A stretch of 32,000 nt of DNA, taken from positions 2,610,001 to 2,642,000 of the forward strand of contig LT962688.1 in assembly GCA_900234795.1 (NCBI GenBank). The letters run 5' to 3'. Within the stretch, counting starts at the first letter, position 1; the number at the start of each line of letters is the position of its first letter. Origin of the DNA: Methylorubrum extorquens. GTDB lineage: Bacteria > Pseudomonadota > Alphaproteobacteria > Rhizobiales > Beijerinckiaceae. This document shows positions 24,558 to 32,000 of the stretch, piece by piece. The translations under genes and the position numbers were made by a program. The notes under the pieces were generated by a model. The model searched no databases and had not been told where the DNA came from. It worked only from the letters and a program-made list of their open reading frames with translations.

Positions 24558-24639
24558 CGCTCGCTCCATCGTCGTTCTGCGCCCCTCACGACGGATCAAC
24601 GATCAGCCGTCATCGCCGGTTGCGCCATCGATGCTGCAT

Positions 24640-25083
24640 TCACGGCGTCGGATAGGTGATGAACTCCATGAGCGAGCCGTCCGGATCACGGAAGTAGACG
24701 CTCACGCCCTGCCCCGCCGCGCCGTTGCGCTCCACCGGCCCGAGTTCGACTGCAACGCCGTGGGCGGCAAGATGCGCCATCGCGTCCTCGATCGAGCCCG
24801 ACCAGCGGAAGCACAGATCGCTGCCGCCGGGCATCACCGGCTCGCGCGCTCGCGGCGTGCCGATTTGACCGGGGCCATGCACGTTGAGCTGCACGCCGCC
24901 GAACCGGAACACCACGCCTTGGCCGAACGGGATCACTTCGGCCCTTAACACATCCCGGTAGAAGGCCGTCGAGCGCTCCCAGTCGGAGACGTGGATGACG
25001 CAATGGTCGAGATGGATCGCCGGCGCGAGCGTCGTGACGTCGGTGCCCGCTTCCGCAACGAGTTCGGTCTCGGTCTCGGGCAT
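24640..25083 (-). CDS. VOC-family (glyoxalase/bleomycin-resistance/dioxygenase fold) protein
   Basis: 147-aa ORF with the SD GAGGAGGGGG. The segments IHLDHCVIHVSDWERSTAFYRDVL and VYFRDPDGSLMEF are typical of the VOC family. Confidence 0.85.
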   Translation of the reverse strand: MPETETELVAEAGTDVTTLAPAIHLDHCVIHVSDWERSTAFYRDVLRAEVIPFGQGVVFRFGGVQLNVHGPGQIGTPRAREPVMPGGSDLCFRWSGSIEDAMAHLAAHGVAVELGPVERNGAAGQGVSVYFRDPDGSLMEFITYPTP

Positions 25084-25382
25084 CGTGCCCCCTCCTCACG
25101 CGATCTTGCGCGGCAGATAATGCGGTCTGGGCCCGAGGCGAGACTAGCTCACGGCAACGTTCCTCCGCCAATGCGGCCTCGAAGTCACACCCGATCCGCT
25201 CAAGGGCGGGTAGTCATGGCGCATGATCTGTAACGCCAACCCGCCCCCGCCGGCGGCGACAGGAGCCGCCATGGCAGCCCCCCCGAACCGCCGATAGAAC
25301 GGCGCGCAGCACCCGCCGGGTCGCGCTCGCCGCGCTCTGCCTCATTCCGCTGGCGGCCTGCCAATCCTCGAAGCCGGGCCCG

Positions 25383-25949
25383 ATGGCCGGAGGCGACGAC
25401 GATGCGGCCTGGTACATCGGCACGATGCCCGACAAGCCGTTCGACGTGCCGCTGGTCGACCGGTCGCGCATCGACCCGAAGTACCGCCGTCAGGAAGTGG
25501 CCTATAGCGGTCCCGAGGCGCCGGGCACGATCGTCGTCGATATCGACAAGCGTCATCTCGCCCTCGTGCAGGAGGGCGGCACAGCGCTTCAATACGGCGT
25601 TGGCGTCGGCAAGGCCGGCTTCTCCTGGAAGGGCGATGCCCGCATCGGCCGCAAGGGCGTCTGGCCGGACTGGAGCCCGACCACGACGATGGTCTCGCTC
25701 AATCCGGGCATCGAGCGCTCGCGCAAGGGCGGCATCGACAACCCGCTCGGCGCGCGCGCGCTCTACCTCTACCAGGGCAACCGCGACACGATGTTCCGCA
25801 TCCACGGCACCAACGAACCGTGGAGCATCGGCGAGCAGATGTCCTCGGGCTGCGTGCGCATGCTCAACGAGGACATCGTCGATCTCTTCGAGCGCGTCCC
25901 CGTCGGCGCCCGTGTGGTGGTGAAGCGCAGCAGCAAGTATCGCGCCTGA
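25383..25949 (+). CDS. L,D-transpeptidase (YkuD domain); the N-terminal lipoprotein signal is encoded upstream in-frame but has no start codon (apparent frameshift at a C7 run)
   Basis: The catalytic motif is HGTNEPWSIGEQMSSGCVRM. The same frame upstream (from 25299) reads TARSTRRVALAALCLIPLAACQSSKPGP, a signal peptide with an LAAC lipobox, and has no ATG/GTG/TTG back to the stop at 25224. The SD AGGAG plus ATG 25271 lies in another frame and reaches TAG after 8 codons. Confidence 0.85.
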   Translation: MAGGDDDAAWYIGTMPDKPFDVPLVDRSRIDPKYRRQEVAYSGPEAPGTIVVDIDKRHLALVQEGGTALQYGVGVGKAGFSWKGDARIGRKGVWPDWSPTTTMVSLNPGIERSRKGGIDNPLGARALYLYQGNRDTMFRIHGTNEPWSIGEQMSSGCVRMLNEDIVDLFERVPVGARVVVKRSSKYRA

Positions 25950-26186
25950 GGACGCCCTCGCGTCGAAGAGCCGACGCGCGCATCCCGCCCAAGCCGGTCG
26001 GCCTCCTTGTGGGGCGCGGCCGCGTGCGGGATCAGAACGGCCGACGGTAAGCCGGGTGGTTCATCCGTGGCACTGGCCGGGGTGCGAACCGTCGCGGACC
26101 GCCCGGCGCGATCCCCCGAGCAAGGAACTCGAACCGGGGCCGAAGCGTCTTTCCGGTGCGGTCAAGCTTGGCCGTGGAGTGTTCTC

Positions 26187-26339
26187 ATGACCATCACCGT
26201 GTCGAACCTGCAGCCGATCATCGCGATCCTGGCGGGCATCCTCATCCTGATCGCACCGCGGCTCCTCAACTACATCGTGGCGGTCTACCTGATTGTCGTC
26301 GGGTTGATCGGCCTGGGTGTGCTGCGTCATTTTTCCTGA
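26187..26339 (+). CDS. DUF3096 small membrane protein (50 aa)
   Basis: The product is MTITVSNLQPIIAILAGILILIAPRLLNYIVAVYLIVVGLIGLGVLRHFS. GGAG lies 7 nt upstream. In the track it appears only as the tail of a 110-aa ORF. Confidence 0.7.
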   Translation: MTITVSNLQPIIAILAGILILIAPRLLNYIVAVYLIVVGLIGLGVLRHFS

Positions 26340-26556
26340 ACCGACGCGACTCCGACGCAGCGCGATACGCAGCGCCGCGCACGCTTGCGCTGGGGCACCG
26401 TCCTGTGACGCAGGTCGTTTCGTTCCTGACAGCGCCCGCACATCGTCACTCCCCGCCGCGGGGCGACGCGAAGCTAATCCTTGCACTGCGACATGAGATG
26501 CGCCACGCCCGCGTGAACGGCGCTAGGGTCGCCAAATCCGTCCAGCGGAGAGCCTG

Positions 26557-29223
<2,667 letters not shown>

Positions 29224-29239
29224 GACGACGCATGACGAC

Positions 29240-29262
29240 CCCCGCGGGCATGACCCGCGGGG
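29240..29262 (+). terminator. Hairpin downstream of ppdK
   Basis: CCCCGCGGG, loop CATGA, CCCGCGGGG: a 9-bp perfect stem 17 nt after the stop. The following tract is only CATTT. Confidence 0.45.
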
Positions 29263-29409
29263 CATTTCCGGGCGGCGGGGAAGCTTCGCAATAATTTTGC
29301 GGACAGCCCGCTGAACCCGTGTCGCGCGGGCACGTTACCTGCTAGCGGGAGTCCATAGCGCGGAGAGCGCCTCGGTCTTCCGGCCAGGGCACCCGCGGGA
29401 CTTCAAGCT

Positions 29410-29667
29410 ATGTCGCATCCCGACTCTCCCTCAGCCCTCCTCGATCATCGCGCCATCGTTCCCGGTCACCGGGCGATGCAAGCGGCCTATCTCTGGATCA
29501 TCGCGACGTTGACCGCGGCGGCGGGTGTCACCGGGCTCGTCTATCTCGAAGCCGACCGTAACGGCCGCGAGGCGGGCCGGATGATCGTCGCCGCCCAGAA
29601 TGGCAGCAGCTACGCCGCGATCCTCGTCCACGGCATGGCCCAGCGTCACAGCCGTCCGACCCCTTAA
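29410..29667 (+). CDS. Hypothetical small membrane protein (85 aa; uncertain)
   Basis: GC3 is acceptable and there is one TM segment (AAYLWIIATLTAAAGVTGLVYL). The SD is weak and I recognise no family. Confidence 0.3.
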   Translation: MSHPDSPSALLDHRAIVPGHRAMQAAYLWIIATLTAAAGVTGLVYLEADRNGREAGRMIVAAQNGSSYAAILVHGMAQRHSRPTP

Positions 29668-29773
29668 CCGTCCGGCAACCACGTTCGCGATTAAACTCTC
29701 CTCATGAGGAACGGTCGCTCCGGCTTGGTCTAAGCTGAGGCCTCCGGCCGCTCGTGAGTGTGGAGTATCGGCG

Positions 29774-30220
29774 GTGCGTACGAGGCGCGTTCGAGGCCTG
29801 GGGATCGGCCCCCGCTGGATCGTCTCGGCCGTGGTGCCGTGGATGCTGGCCAGCGGCCTGCTGGTTTCCTTCACCGCCACCGCGGGCACCGATGCCACGC
29901 TTCGGCCCGCCCAGCTCTCGGAGCGGGATGTCACGGTGACCGGCGCGCTCGTGGCGTCCACCGCCTGGAGCCCGGACGTCATCGATGCGGGTCTCGTCGC
30001 GCCCGGCGCCTCCCATGAATCCGAGCCGGGTGAAGACGGCCTCCCCGCGCTCGCCGACTCGGATGGCGCCACCCCGCCACGCCCCGCGCCGTCGCCCTGT
30101 CCTCAGTCACGCCCGCGCCCGCCGACGCGACCCCGATCGAGGTCGCCGCGGCGAACCTCGCCCTACCCGGCTTCTCGGCCCGTCTCGATCGCGGCCCCTC
30201 CGCCCTCGATCCGCAGATGA
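29774..30220 (+). CDS. Membrane-anchored N-terminal segment, probably the 5' part of the SleB-type hydrolase gene (frame-disrupted or translationally coupled)
   Basis: GTG 29774 is preceded by GGAG at 8 nt. The TM segment is [19 protein letters not shown]. Coding quality is good up to about 30065. After that this frame turns Pro/Arg/Ser-rich ([22 protein letters not shown]), while the hydrolase frame becomes the better one. Confidence 0.5.
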   Translation: MRTRRVRGLGIGPRWIVSAVVPWMLASGLLVSFTATAGTDATLRPAQLSERDVTVTGALVASTAWSPDVIDAGLVAPGASHESEPGEDGLPALADSDGATPPRPAPSPCPQSRPRPPTRPRSRSPRRTSPYPASRPVSIAAPPPSIRR

Positions 30221-30678
30221 CGGCGCCGGAGGCCAAGTCCCATTATGCCGACCTGATCGATCCGAATGCGATGGACCGCGAGCAGCGCTGCCTCGCCGAA
30301 GCCGTCTACTTCGAGGCGCGCAGCGAGCCCGAGGAGGGCCAGGCCGCCGTCGCGCAGGTCATCCTGAACCGCGTCAAGAGCGGGCTTTATCCCTCCTCGG
30401 TCTGCGGCGTCGTCTACCAGAACCGCCACCGCTTCATGGGGTGCCAGTTCTCCTTCGCCTGCGAGGGCAAGGCTTTGCGCATCACCGACGCCGAATCCTG
30501 GCGCAGCGCGACCCGCGTCGCCAGCGCGGTCATCGACGGCCGCACCTATGTCAGCGAGGTCGGCGGCGCGACCCACTATCACGCCGATTACGTCCGCCCC
30601 GGCTGGTCGCGCCGGCTCAAGCGCAAGGACATGATCGGCCGGCACATTTTTTATCAGCTGAAGCCGAACCAGACCTGA
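30217..30678 (+). CDS. Cell-wall hydrolase, SleB-type (Hydrolase_2) domain
   Basis: The domain is indicated by [33 protein letters not shown]...VCGVVYQ...QFSF...THYHA. The ATG overlaps the upstream stop as ATGA. The same frame is open and protein-like upstream to 30034. Confidence 0.85.
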   Translation: MTAPEAKSHYADLIDPNAMDREQRCLAEAVYFEARSEPEEGQAAVAQVILNRVKSGLYPSSVCGVVYQNRHRFMGCQFSFACEGKALRITDAESWRSATRVASAVIDGRTYVSEVGGATHYHADYVRPGWSRRLKRKDMIGRHIFYQLKPNQT

Positions 30679-30708
30679 TGGTGTCTCAAAACGTCATCCC
30701 ATCGACGA

Positions 30709-30815
30709 CCTCATCCTGAGGTGCCGCGTGAGCGGCCTCGAAGGGTGTTCCAGAGGTCGCGCGAATGCTGGAGGATCCTTAGAGGCTCCGCTTCGCTCTG
30801 CACCTCAGGATGAGG
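30709..30815. repeat. ~107-bp imperfect palindromic intergenic element (REP/MITE-like)
   Basis: The terminal 16-bp arms are perfect inverted repeats: CCTCATCCTGAGGTGC (30709-30724) and GCACCTCAGGATGAGG (30800-30815). The interior arms are partly complementary (GAGCGGCCTCGAAGG versus CCTTAGAGGCTCCGCTTC). Confidence 0.8.
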
Positions 30816-30851
30816 GATGGATTGGAAAGAGGTGATCAGGCCAAGATTGGC

Positions 30852-32000
30852 TCACCGCCCCTGCCTGAGATAGTTGGCGCCGCCGATTACCAGCAGCTTG
30901 TCCGAACCCCGGTCGGGCGCGAACAGGCTCAGCGCTTCGGTGCCTCCCGCCTCATCGGCAAGCGTCAGCCGGTAACCCGAGACCGTGTAGCGGCCGCTGC
31001 GCACCGGCCGTCGGCTGTGGCCTGCAACGACGGTGCCGCCGTCCATCGAGCCGCCGGTCGAGGAGAAGCCGACGCCGCCTTCGCGGGTGAAGCGGCCATC
31101 CGGCGTCAGGGCAAGCGAGTGCGTGCCGCCGACCAAGCCCATCGCGCCGCTCGATCCGAACGTGTGGCTCCACGTGCCGTCGAAGCGGTACCCGTCGGCG
31201 AAGGGCGGCACCGCGACGTAGGTGTCGCCGCCAATGGTCAGTCCCTCCTTGGTGCGGGAGAACGCGTCGCCGGACCGCGTGACGCGCCCGAACCCGTCCT
31301 CCACCTCGACCCGCTCGATGCGGTTGGCCGAGAACCAGCCGCCCTTCAGCGCGTAGGTGCCGCAGGTGGCGGGCTCGGCCCGGCAATGGGCCGCCATGTC
31401 GCCGTCGCGCGGAAGCTCCGTGGTGTAGAGGCCGCCCTTGTCGAACAGCAGCGGCTCTTGGTCGGCAGTGAAGTCCATCCCGCCGAAGGCGTTGGGGCGG
31501 AGCTGCGTCTTGGTGCGCGTGTAGAGCCCGTCGAGGCCGCCATCACCCCGGGCGGGTGCCAGAACGAGGCCGCGGTCGTCCTTGGCCGGGCGGTAGGAGC
31601 CCACCAGCGCCTCGAACCCCTTGCGGATCGGGTTCTGCTGCTCGCGTTCGAGCTGGAGGGTGAGAAGCATCAGGAAATGCTCGCTCGTCCGGGTGGCGAT
31701 CCCGATATGCCAGGCCGCCATGCGCACGCCATCGGTCGTGCGGCAGCAGCGCTGCTCGACGCGGATGCGGTGCCCGTCGAGGGTTTCGCCGGCCTTCGCC
31801 GTGAGCGGCTTCTCGCCGGGCGGCATCTGCTTGAGGCTGCGGACGAAGGCGCTGAACGTCTCGTCGAACCGACCCGAGGCCGGCTTCGGCTTGGAGACGA
31901 TCAGGAGCGCGGCGCCCTTGCGCCCGCGCGGCGTGGTCGGCTCGAACACGCGCTCGAACACGAGGCCGTCGCCGGCCTCCCGGCGTGTCCAGCCCTCGAA
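30852..32000 (-). CDS. Hypothetical protein, 5'-partial (frame stays open to the right window edge)
   Basis: The track gives 369 aa from GTG 31961. My translation upstream (FEGWTRREAGDGLVFERVF...) has no stop before position 32000. GC3 is high and I recognise no family. Confidence 0.6.
   Translation of the reverse strand, partial: FEGWTRREAGDGLVFERVFEPTTPRGRKGAALLIVSKPKPASGRFDETFSAFVRSLKQMPPGEKPLTAKAGETLDGHRIRVEQRCCRTTDGVRMAAWHIGIATRTSEHFLMLLTLQLEREQQNPIRKGFEALVGSYRPAKDDRGLVLAPARGDGGLDGLYTRTKTQLRPNAFGGMDFTADQEPLLFDKGGLYTTELPRDGDMAAHCRAEPATCGTYALKGGWFSANRIERVEVEDGFGRVTRSGDAFSRTKEGLTIGGDTYVAVPPFADGYRFDGTWSHTFGSSGAMGLVGGTHSLALTPDGRFTREGGVGFSSTGGSMDGGTVVAGHSRRPVRSGRYTVSGYRLTLADEAGGTEALSLFAPDRGSDKLLVIGGANYLRQGR

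Overview
High-GC (~70%) alphaproteobacterial chromosome. The PhyR/NepR sequences and GC content suggest Methylobacterium/Methylorubrum, which is an inference and not a database result. Most of the window is ordinary housekeeping or accessory metabolism. This includes a TonB receptor/PepSY/DUF2946-like metal-uptake operon, scoAB, an AsmA-family gene, a PBP5-type carboxypeptidase, rnd, alkA plus a GNAT gene, a class-III aminotransferase, ppdK, and L,D-transpeptidase and SleB-type wall enzymes. The most interesting part is 16.4-19.2 kb, the phyR-nepR master-regulator locus of the alphaproteobacterial general stress response (GSR). I can read four perfect sigma-EcfG-type promoters (GGAAC-N16/17-CGTT) and two near-consensus ones within about 2.1 kb. 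They alternate in orientation and each faces a small gene. These are a 120-aa secreted protein, a 58-aa DUF1328 protein missing from the ORF track, a 48-aa ORF with a strong SD, and a roughly 90-nt non-coding unit. That unit lies between a promoter-like motif and a strong intrinsic terminator and carries C-rich motifs, so I propose it as a GsrN-like sRNA candidate. A second, smaller stress node sits at 23.0-23.6 kb, with a KGG-repeat protein and divergent EcfG-like promoters. Two peptidoglycan-remodelling genes look frame-disrupted: the L,D-transpeptidase at a C7 run, and the SleB-type hydrolase, which is split into two overlapping ORFs. By eye I saw no rRNA, tRNA, CRISPR array, transposase or integrase. 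Family names come from motif recognition only, and no searches were run.
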